Assembly (NCBI GenBank): GCA_963662625.1
Contig: OY759726.1
Span: 1,248,001 to 1,312,000, forward strand
Length of the DNA: 64,000 nucleotides
Origin: Nitrosopumilus sp.
GTDB lineage: Archaea; Thermoproteota; Nitrososphaeria; Nitrososphaerales; Nitrosopumilaceae
Direction: 5' to 3'
Shown here: positions 1-7,655 of the stretch, piece after piece
Layout: each line of letters starts with the position of its first letter
How positions within the stretch are numbered: position 1 is the first letter of the stretch
Notes under the pieces: model-generated
What the model was told of the DNA's origin: nothing
The model's database searches: none
The model's input: only the letters and a program-made list of their open reading frames with translations
Made by a program: the position numbers and the translations under genes

Positions 1-167
1 CGTACTGCAACGAGGACAGGCCGCGCTTCTCCCCGGACACCGGCAACTGCCAGACCCCGCTGAAGGCCTTCCATGGCAAGTAGGCCGTGGCAGCGATCAG
101 GGAGAGCAACCCGGGATGGATGGAGGCGGAGGCGGATGGCTAGCGGACCGACTTTTCATACACTACA
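1..167 (+). mobile_element. 3' end of a degenerate IS481-like element (transposase C-terminus plus right end)
   Basis: Frame from nt 3 reads YCNEDRPRFSPDTGNCQTPLKAFHGK*AVAAIRESNPGWMEAEADG*, resembling the YNxxRPHxSL...TP tail of IS481/IS3-type transposases. It has an internal TAG at 81-83 and ends ...TTTCATACACTACA (151-167), matching TGT...ACA termini. Confidence 0.55.
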
Positions 168-348
168 GTCAGCCCTCGCCCGGGGCGTGCGTGCACGGCC
201 GTCACACGGGGAGCGATCCGGACGGCCCGCGTTCCCCGGGCAGCAGCCCACGCGCGTGCGTGCGACGCGGCGCTGCTGGACGCGGCGTGGCCGGCCCGGA
301 GGCGCCTAGGCCGGGACTGACCTGGCCCCCGCATACTGGCTTGCCGGG

Positions 349-455
349 GTGATGCGCCGGCGGCCGCCCCGGCAGGACAGTGACCCGCCACGGGGTCGAA
401 TCCCGCGCAGGGCTCCGTGTGATGCGCCGGCGGCCGCCCCGGCAGGACAGTGACC
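349..455. repeat. Two identical 37-bp direct repeats separated by 33 bp
   Basis: GTGATGCGCCGGCGGCCGCCCCGGCAGGACAGTGACC at 349-385 and 419-455. Confidence 0.85.
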
Positions 456-764
456 GCGGCCCCGGGACGCTCCCCCCAGGCGGCCATGCCACGGGATCCT
501 CGCACGATGCGGCGTCGGATCCGGATCCCCGGCCGTGTGGGGAGCCGCGCGGCCACCGGCGAACCGCACGGCACCGCCACCCGGCGAAATCACTGCTGTC
601 CCGGCAGCCATCCCCTGACGCCACCCCGTGGCGGCACTGCCTCGGCTGGGGGCACGTTCCGCACGGCCTCCCTCCAAGCCCGCCGCCACGCCGGGAACGG
701 CCGATCGCCCCGAAGATCGATCCAAATAGCAATCGAAAAATACCGGTCAGCATCCAGTCCACTT

Positions 765-868
765 GCAGAGGTATCGAAGCCCGGTCAACCGAGAAGGACT
801 CAAGATCTTTCAGTTAGGAAATCCTTTCTCTTAGGAGTTCGTGGGTTCAAATCCCGCCCTCTGCACCA
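765..868 (+). tRNA. tRNA-Leu(CAA) with a 16-nt intron at canonical position 37/38 (805-820); CCA encoded
   Basis: Acceptor GCAGAGG/CCTCTGC, anticodon stem AAGGA/TCCTT, CT-CAA-G then intron ATCTTTCAGTTAGGAA, long variable arm, T-loop GGTTCAAATCC, 3' ACCA. Confidence 0.93.
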
Positions 869-955
869 TTGTCCGGCGGCCGCGAGGCCGACAGAGTTGA
901 ATAAACCCGGACGCCTGCATTTTTCTTACCGTGGCCCGGGGAACGCCAGCTCGCG

Positions 956-1078
956 TCATGCGGTGATTGCCTTTACTTTGGTCACCGAGTGGTTTGAAAT
1001 CCGCTTGTGCATGTCTGCAAGCTGCTTCTCTTTAAAGGAAAGACTGCACCTGAAACATCTCCAAACGACCTCGGACAT
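956..1078 (-). CDS. Small C2H2-type zinc-finger protein (40 aa)
   Basis: Hand translation MSEVVWRCFRCSLSFKEKQLADMHKRISNHSVTKVKAITA; CxxC-x12-HxxxxxH pattern; AT-rich TATA-like region upstream. Confidence 0.75.
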   Translation of the reverse strand: MSEVVWRCFRCSLSFKEKQLADMHKRISNHSVTKVKAITA

Positions 1079-1322
1079 GTAGTATATAACGCACATTTTG
1101 CTTATAAATATATTGAATGAAGGATCCGTATCCGCCCCGATTGACGGATATCGTCCGTCATTTCGTCATTCCAGCACGAAAGCGCACACCGTTGCAGCTG
1201 CGCGCAACATGGGGTGCGGACGCCGCCGCGATCGACATCCTGCGGGGCTTCCCGGAACTTTTCGCCGCGCCCCCGGCCCGCCGATCCAAAGGGTTTAGAA
1301 ACAAACCGCCACGACACCAGTC

Positions 1323-1943
1323 ATGGCAGATTTTTTTGAGCTCTTCGCCGAGTACTCGTACTTTGGGATATTCCTAGTGCTGGTGGCAATCAACGCGTCC
1401 CCAGTCCTCATGCCGCCCACCTGGATAGTCCTCTCGTCGTTTTACGCGTTTGATCCCTCCTTGGACCCGCTCGCCCTTGCGCTGGTCGGGGCGACGGGGG
1501 CCACCGCGGGACGCTTCGCCCTCAAGCGGGCCAGCGGGATGTTCAGGAAGTTCGTGGCGCCCGAGCAAAAGTCCAACCTGGACGTAATCGGGGACTTCCT
1601 GAACCGGAAAAAATACGGCTACGTCGCGGCGTCGTTTCTTTTTGCGGCCACCCCGCTGCCAAGCAACATGCTTTTTGTCGCCTACGGCCTCATGCGCGCA
1701 AGGGGAATCGGCCTGTACCTGGGCTTCTGGGCCGGGCGCGTCCTGTCCTACTATGTCATGGTAAGCATAAGCGGCATAGTCCTCACGCCATTCCTCCAGA
1801 TCTTCGAGGAGCGCTACATCGGCATCATCGCGGCCGACGCGCTGGGGGTGGGCGTGGTGATCCTGTTCGCCTCGATCCGCTGGGATCTGCTGATAACCCA
1901 GAGGAGGCTAAAGTTTGTAAGGCCGCGGCTGTGGAGGTTCTAG
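1323..1943 (+). CDS. DedA/VTT (SNARE-associated)-like membrane protein
   Basis: 206-aa hydrophobic multi-TM ORF with LFAATPLPSN and YGLMR motifs typical of DedA-family proteins. Confidence 0.7.
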   Translation: MADFFELFAEYSYFGIFLVLVAINASPVLMPPTWIVLSSFYAFDPSLDPLALALVGATGATAGRFALKRASGMFRKFVAPEQKSNLDVIGDFLNRKKYGYVAASFLFAATPLPSNMLFVAYGLMRARGIGLYLGFWAGRVLSYYVMVSISGIVLTPFLQIFEERYIGIIAADALGVGVVILFASIRWDLLITQRRLKFVRPRLWRF

Positions 1944-1944
1944 C

Positions 1945-2564
1945 GTGGAAGTGTCGGAATCCCTGGCGCGCGAGGTAAGGTCCAGGATGGCAAACGACCC
2001 ATCTCACGACTTCGGCCACGTGATGCGGGTGTGCGGCAACGCCAAAAGAATATGCCGGGACGAGGGCGCCGACGAGCGGCTCGTCCTCGCCGCCGCCATG
2101 CTCCACGACCTCGTGTCCCTCCCAAAGTCGGACCGGCGCCCGGGCCTCTCCGCTGCAGAAAGCGCCCGGGAGGCGGGGCGGATCCTGCAGAGGCACGGCT
2201 TCACGCCCGCCGAGACGCGGGTGGTCTGCGACGCCATACGCGACCACAGCTTTCGGGAAACGCTGCCCCGGGTTCCCGCGAGGGCAGGATCCTCCAGGAT
2301 GCCGACCGGCTCGACGCCATGGGCGCCATAGGCATAGCGCGGGTCTTCGGGGTGAGCGGCTCCGAGGGGCGGCCGTTTTACAACCGGGACGATCCCTTCT
2401 GCACGGGGCGGGAGCCGGACGACAAGGCGTGGGCGCTGGACCATTTCTACAGCAAGCTGCTGAGGCTGGAGCCTATGATGCACACTAGGTACGGGAGGGC
2501 CGAGGCCGCGAAAAGGACCGCGGTGCTGAGGGATTTCCTGGCGCGGCTCAGGGAAGAGATCTAG
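1945..2564 (+). pseudogene. HD-domain phosphohydrolase (YedJ-like), frameshifted at ~2251
   Basis: The N-half (SHDFGHVMRV, MLHDL, DHSF) is in the 1945 frame and the C-half (ILQDADRLDAMGAIGIAR, HFYSKLL) is in the 2031..2564 frame. One extra T in the TTT at 2251-2253 restores a continuous ORF. This may be an assembly error. Confidence 0.75.
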
Positions 2565-2872
2565 CCGTAGTCCACGTACCTGTCGTACCTCTTCTCGACC
2601 TCCTTGTTTTCCCCCGACAGGATCTTCCCGAACTCCTCCTCCTTCCTGAACTCTATGTACCTGCTCATGTCGGCAAGCCTCTCGTCAGGGCCGTAGCTGC
2701 CAAACAGCGGCTCCAGCATCCTCAGGTATTCCAGGGTCTTTTCCCTGTACTGCTGGCGCGTGGGCCTCCTTACCCCGTTCATCCTGAACCATATCACCGC
2801 CCAGCTGGAGCCCACGACGTGCGGCAGCAGGTCGAAGGCCCTTTCTATCTCAAAGCGCTCGTCGTTTCTCAT
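2561..2872 (-). CDS. Conserved hypothetical protein
   Basis: MRNDERFEIERAFDLLPH...RYVDYG; ATG overlaps the hemB stop (ATGA); host-like codon usage. Confidence 0.7.
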   Translation of the reverse strand: MRNDERFEIERAFDLLPHVVGSSWAVIWFRMNGVRRPTRQQYREKTLEYLRMLEPLFGSYGPDERLADMSRYIEFRKEEEFGKILSGENKEVEKRYDRYVDYG

Positions 2873-3849
2873 GACTGCCCGAGGAACCCAGCCGCTGACT
2901 TTGCAAAGTACGTCACTATCATGTCGGCGCCGGCGCGCTTTATCGAGTACAGGATCTCCTCGGTGACGGCCCTCTCGTCGACCCACCCCCGGCTAGCGGC
3001 GCCCTTGACCAGGGCGTACTCCCCCGACACGCTGTACGCCGCCACCGGCACGTTGAACCTCCTCCTGGCCTCGGCGATCAGGTCCAGGTATGCCAGCGCC
3101 GGCTTTATCATCACGATGTCCACGCCCTCCGCGACGTCGGACTCGACCTCCCTCATGGACTCCCTGGGGTTGGTAAACGGGACTTGGTACGCCTTCCTGT
3201 CCCCGAACTTGGGCGTGCACTCCGCGGCGTCCCTGAACGGCGAGTAAAATGACGAGCGGTGCTTTGCCGAGTGGGACATGATCGACACGTCCGCAAACCC
3301 CTCGTCGTCCAGCGCGGACCTGATCGCGGCCACCTGCCCGTCCATCATGGCAGACGGCGACACCGTGTCGACCCCGGCCCTGGCCTGGCTCACCGCGATC
3401 TTTGCCAGGGTCTCGACGCTGCGGTCGTTGTCTATCGTGCCGCCGCCCACGATCCCGCAGTGGCCCGCCGTCGTGTACTGGCACAGGCAGACGTCTGCCA
3501 TCACCACCATCCTGTCGCCAAAGTTCTGGCGGATGCTGGAGATCGCCCCCTGCACCACCCCGTCCTCGGCAAACGCGGACGACCCCGCGTCGTCCTTGGC
3601 CGCCGGGATGCCGAACAGCATCACCGCCGGTATTCCCAGGTCCGCGATGGCCCCGACCTCGTCGCTGACGTCGCCCGGCGGCAGCCTTTCCACCCCGGAC
3701 ATCGAGCCCACCCCGGCCCTGGCCTTGAGGCCCTCATGCACGAAGACCGGGCAGATGAGATCCCCCGCAGACAACGCCGTCTCCTTGGCCAGCTCCCTCA
3801 TGCCCGGGGAGGACCTCATCCTTCTGAGCCGCCTGGCGGGAAATGACAT
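2869..3849 (-). CDS. hemB: Porphobilinogen synthase
   Basis: RRLRRMR, DVCLCQYTTAGHCG, SAMMDGQV, FYSPFRDAA, MIKPALAYLD, YSVSGEY, IKRAGAD motifs. Confidence 0.97.
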   Translation of the reverse strand: MSFPARRLRRMRSSPGMRELAKETALSAGDLICPVFVHEGLKARAGVGSMSGVERLPPGDVSDEVGAIADLGIPAVMLFGIPAAKDDAGSSAFAEDGVVQGAISSIRQNFGDRMVVMADVCLCQYTTAGHCGIVGGGTIDNDRSVETLAKIAVSQARAGVDTVSPSAMMDGQVAAIRSALDDEGFADVSIMSHSAKHRSSFYSPFRDAAECTPKFGDRKAYQVPFTNPRESMREVESDVAEGVDIVMIKPALAYLDLIAEARRRFNVPVAAYSVSGEYALVKGAASRGWVDERAVTEEILYSIKRAGADMIVTYFAKSAAGFLGQS

Positions 3850-3879
3850 GCCGGGGGTCGGGCTTCGCAAAATATAATC

Positions 3880-5142
3880 CTAGTCCGGCCTGCCCTGCTT
3901 GTAGTCGAACAGCCTGCTTGCGGCATCCAGGACGCCGGGCTTCCCCTGCTCGGTGGCCTTGCGGAGGTTGTTCATAGGGGTCGACACTATGCTCTCCACC
4001 ACCGCCTTGGTCAGCTCCTCGATGATCTTGATCCTCTCCTCGTCCGTCTCGTCGAGCATCTGCAGCGCCTTCTTCAGCTCCCTCTCGCGGAGCGCGTCGA
4101 CGCTCTTGAAGACGTCCTTGACCAGCGGTTCTGCATCCAATCTCTTCATAGAGGCCTCTAGTACGTTCACCTCCTCGTTAATTATATTTTCAATCGCCTT
4201 GACCTTGCCCCGGCGCGCCTTCATGTTCTTCTCCACCATCTCGGCGATCTGGTCCAGGTTCATCAGCTTGACCCCCCCTATGGTGGCCACCCTCTCGTCG
4301 ACGGTCCTCGGGTTCGACAGGTCCAGGATCATCATCCCGCCGTCGCGCCCCCCCATGGCGCCCGTGATCCTGCCGAACGTCACCAGGAAGTACGGGGCCG
4401 TCGTGGCTACGAACAGCACGTCGTAGTTCTCGAACCCGGCTAGCACGTCCTCGAACCTTACCGGCGCGCCGCCCATAGTCTCGCAGAACGCCTTGGACCT
4501 GTTGAGCGTCCTGCTGGTCACGTCAAACCCGTAGCCCCTGCGCCTCAGCGACTTTGCCACCAGCGTGGAGACCTCGCCGGTCCCGATCAGCAGGATCCTC
4601 CTCGACTTCATCCCGTCGACGTTCTCCTCGGCCAGCTTCACCGCCATGGATCCCACCGAGATCCCGCCCCTGCTGATGCCGCTGGAGTTCCGTATCCGGG
4701 TGCCGATCCTGATCGCCTTGTCAAACAGCGTGTTGAGGTGCTGCCCCGAGGCCCTCGCCCCCCTAGCGGACGCGATGGAGTCCTTTATCTGCCCCAGGAT
4801 CTGCTCCTCGCCCAGCACCATAGAGTCGAGCCCCGAGGTCAGCTTGAGCAGGTGGCGCATCGCGTCCCTGTCCTCGACCGCCTCCAGGTTCTCCCTGAAC
4901 GCGGCCTCCTCCAGCCCGGTTATGGACGCCCACGTCTTCTTGATCCTCTCCAGGTCGCAGCGCCCTGACTTCCCGAACAGCTCGATCCTGTTGCACGTCT
5001 GGATGATCACGCACTCGTCCAGGCCCGAGTGTTGCATGAACTGCCCGTACGCATCCCCCACGTCCCTGATCGTGAACCGCTCCAGGACGTGTATCGGGGA
5101 GTTCCTGAACGTGACCCGTGCGTTTATTATCTTTTGATTCAT
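3880..5142 (-). CDS. hemA: Glutamyl-tRNA reductase
   Basis: QTCNRIE, SGLDSMVLGEEQILGQIK, IGTGE, DLSNPR motifs. Confidence 0.97.
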   Translation of the reverse strand: MNQKIINARVTFRNSPIHVLERFTIRDVGDAYGQFMQHSGLDECVIIQTCNRIELFGKSGRCDLERIKKTWASITGLEEAAFRENLEAVEDRDAMRHLLKLTSGLDSMVLGEEQILGQIKDSIASARGARASGQHLNTLFDKAIRIGTRIRNSSGISRGGISVGSMAVKLAEENVDGMKSRRILLIGTGEVSTLVAKSLRRRGYGFDVTSRTLNRSKAFCETMGGAPVRFEDVLAGFENYDVLFVATTAPYFLVTFGRITGAMGGRDGGMMILDLSNPRTVDERVATIGGVKLMNLDQIAEMVEKNMKARRGKVKAIENIINEEVNVLEASMKRLDAEPLVKDVFKSVDALRERELKKALQMLDETDEERIKIIEELTKAVVESIVSTPMNNLRKATEQGKPGVLDAASRLFDYKQGRPD

Positions 5143-5792
5143 CCCAAGTCCCTCAGCATGGCGGCCACCCTGTCTTCCGCCTTGTCCAGCATCCCGTCTT
5201 TTATTAACTGTTTAATTCCCTCGTCCCCGGCGACCCCAGCGAGGAACGCCTTCCTTGCCTCCTGGGACGGGATCCTCTCCAGCGCCATGCCCCTGGCGAT
5301 CTCCTGCAGCCTGATCTGGCCTATGTCCTCTCTGGAGACTATCCTCCCGACGTTCTTCTCGATGTTTGCCCTCAGCCTCCTTGCCATGCCCGGGCTCCGC
5401 CCCCCGGTGTATACGGCGATCTGCACGGCGCCCTCCACGTCCACGGTGGCCAGGTTCGCAAAGTCGCTCGACTCCGGGTCGTCCGAGCTGTAGGCGGTGA
5501 TCCTCCTCTCCCTCGCGTGGGACACTATCCTCCGGTTCAGCCCGCGGTCGTCCGTGGTGGCCATGACCACGTCCGGCCCGTACGCCTCGAAGAACCCCAT
5601 GTCGCCGACCTTCTCCTCCACGAGCCTTACCCTGCCCCCGCCGGCCAGCGCGGCGATCCTGGGATCCGTCGCGTCGCTGATCACGGTTATCCTGCACCGC
5701 TCGCCCAGCAGTGAGCTGATCCTCTTGAAGGCCTCGCGGCCGCCCCCCACGACCACCACGTCCCTGCCCTGGAGGTTCAGGTTGACTATCAA
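5139..5792 (-). CDS. sirC: Precorrin-2 dehydrogenase / sirohydrochlorin ferrochelatase (SirC/CysG N-terminal type)
   Basis: VVVVGGGRE Rossmann motif, ATTDDRGLN, DDPESSDF, IAVYTGGRSP; operonic with hemA. Confidence 0.9.
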   Translation of the reverse strand: MIVNLNLQGRDVVVVGGGREAFKRISSLLGERCRITVISDATDPRIAALAGGGRVRLVEEKVGDMGFFEAYGPDVVMATTDDRGLNRRIVSHARERRITAYSSDDPESSDFANLATVDVEGAVQIAVYTGGRSPGMARRLRANIEKNVGRIVSREDIGQIRLQEIARGMALERIPSQEARKAFLAGVAGDEGIKQLIKDGMLDKAEDRVAAMLRDLG

Positions 5793-6120
5793 CGATCAAA
5801 AAATCCCGGGTTTCTATTTATGTATTCGACGGGCGCAGGCGTGCGTGCCCCGCCCCGGCCAGATCCGCGCAGCCGGCCCGCGAGCCCGGGCATGCGCCCC
5901 CTGCCCTGCCCCTCCCGGGCCGGCGGATTCCGGGACCGCCATGCCGCGCGGGGGGATGCCGCCGCGGGCAAACCGGACGGGGGGAACGCCGCACGGGACG
6001 GGGGGGGGGGGGGCTGCGGCCCGGGGACGTGCCTTGTTTACGGGCAGTCGGGCCCATGCCCCGCTGATCTGGCCGGCGTGGCCTTCCCTTGGCCGCGCCC
6101 GGCCGGGACATGCGAAGCCG

Positions 6121-6627
6121 TCACTCCAGGTAAAGGCTGATTGCCTGCCTTATTCCGTGGTACTCCGTGTCGGACTTGGCAAGGTTCCCGACTTCGTCCC
6201 AGTTGATCTTTGGGGCACAGCGGACGGCCAGCCTCCGTAGGTCTTCAATGTCTTGGTCGCGCCCTGCCCGGAACTTTGCGACGATCAGCCCTTCCAGGGA
6301 GATGGCATCGACGGTAGTCCCTTTCCCGTCCACGGGTACCGCCGTTGCGGTCTTTATGATGTGACCAAGCGGGATGCCGTTCAGGTCCCGCCTGTCGTAC
6401 GCGTCAATCCTGTACCCCCTTGGCGTGGTTTTTCTGGCATTTTGGTGGTCTATTTTGTACCCCTTGTTCAAAAACTCGTCGGTGGTAACCTGTCCGGCAA
6501 CAACGAGATCCAGATCCTGATACTGCCGTTGCTCACGGGCGTGCAACATAACCGCGACTGCCCCGACGAACGTGGCGGTTCCAAAGTCACGGGAAATGCA
6601 CACAGCTTCCCTAATTATCGGGTTCAC
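6121..6627 (-). CDS. Pol-beta-like nucleotidyltransferase, putative AbiEii/DUF6036-like toxin
   Basis: FVGAVAVMLH...RQYQDLDLV (G-x-A...R-x-x-DxD) and LIVAKFRAGRDQDIEDL (K..A.R..D..D) motifs. Confidence 0.7.
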   Translation of the reverse strand: MNPIIREAVCISRDFGTATFVGAVAVMLHAREQRQYQDLDLVVAGQVTTDEFLNKGYKIDHQNARKTTPRGYRIDAYDRRDLNGIPLGHIIKTATAVPVDGKGTTVDAISLEGLIVAKFRAGRDQDIEDLRRLAVRCAPKINWDEVGNLAKSDTEYHGIRQAISLYLE

Positions 6628-7309
6628 TTGGCAGGCCCTCTTGGACTTTCAGCACGGTGTCCCACGCAAACCTGACCCTGGTCTTTATCGCGTCCCCGTG
6701 GGTCAGCATGATGGCGGCGGCGTCCAGAAAGTCCCGTCCCCCGCTTGCCACGCAGTCAAGGAAGACCCGCTCGATCTGATTCTCAAAAGAGCCGATCTTT
6801 GGAAGCAGCACGACGTTGCCCCTCTTTCCCTCCCTGAACCCGCAGCCCTTCAGGAACCTGGAGACTTTCTCCACGTCGTTCACGTAGACGTACAGGTCGA
6901 GCGGGGTCTGGAACCCCGTCAGCTCGTGGGCCATGTGATCAAGCGTTATGATGGAACCCTCAGGAAGGTGTTTTTTCATAAATCTGACGTCGGTCGGCCT
7001 GTAATATCGCCCGAACCTTCTGGCCTTCTTGAGTGCCATCAGGGAAGGGGCTATCCTGCGCAAGACGGCGTACGGCTGGGAAACCACCTCTCTTTTTACC
7101 GTAAACCTCCCGCGGTCGTAGTCTGCCAGCCCCATCTCTTCCAGAACGGCCAGCCTTCTTCTGATTGTCCTGGCAGACAGGTTGACCGCGCCTTCCACGT
7201 CCCTTAGGTTATAGGCCGGCCTGGGGGGCAGCTTCTGCGCGAACCCGATCGCGCCGCTTGCCTTCTCGAACACCGGCACGGGTTCCTGCATCTTCATATG
7301 ATCAATCAT
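6611..7309 (-). CDS. Winged-HTH protein, putative AbiEi-like antitoxin
   Basis: N-terminal HTH (LRDVEGAVNLSARTIRRRLAVLEEMGL); C-domain ITLDHMAHELTGFQTPLDLYVYV...ERVFLDC resembles AbiEi C-domains; overlaps the start of the NTase gene. Confidence 0.6.
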   Translation of the reverse strand: MIDHMKMQEPVPVFEKASGAIGFAQKLPPRPAYNLRDVEGAVNLSARTIRRRLAVLEEMGLADYDRGRFTVKREVVSQPYAVLRRIAPSLMALKKARRFGRYYRPTDVRFMKKHLPEGSIITLDHMAHELTGFQTPLDLYVYVNDVEKVSRFLKGCGFREGKRGNVVLLPKIGSFENQIERVFLDCVASGGRDFLDAAAIMLTHGDAIKTRVRFAWDTVLKVQEGLPSEPDN

Positions 7310-7348
7310 GCTTATGCACCATATTTATACTTTGGACAAGTTTGCCCA

Positions 7349-7372
7349 TTTGTATATCATAACACATACAAA
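7349..7372. promoter_or_regulatory. Inverted repeat TTTGTAT-N10-ATACAAA upstream of the HTH gene (candidate operator)
   Basis: Perfect 7-bp IR about 20 bp upstream of a minus-strand TATAAATAT box (7321-7329). Confidence 0.35.
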
Positions 7373-7655
7373 AATGGTTGCCAAGTGCAGGCCCGGGCAG
7401 CCTGCCCATGATCCCCGCGTCCTGCCGCGGCGTACCGCTGCCGCGTAGCGCGCAGGCTGTCCGTCCCCCGTGGGGTGGCCATCATGCGTCCGCGCGCGTC
7501 CCGCCCCTTTGCCGTTGCACGTTTGCCTGCTCTCGGCTTTCCCGATCCAGTCCCGTACCTTTTTTAGGCCAGGGCTGCCGCCTGGCTGCCTTGATCGGGG
7601 CACGCATGACGCAATTGATGCACGCGGTTTATTAACTGCACGAACAACCACCGCC

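Noticed and set aside
349-455. Formal CRISPR feature call
   Set aside because: Only two repeats, no leader and no cas genes; kept as a repeat and a low-score finding.
73-1082. Numerous overlapping Arg/Pro/Gly-rich ORFs in the track
   Set aside because: They are GC-driven spurious ORFs overlapping a tRNA and repeats, with no recognisable motifs.
6000-6013. Poly-G tract as a phase-variation switch
   Set aside because: It is intergenic, downstream of the NTase gene and not in an evident promoter or CDS, and homopolymer length is unreliable.
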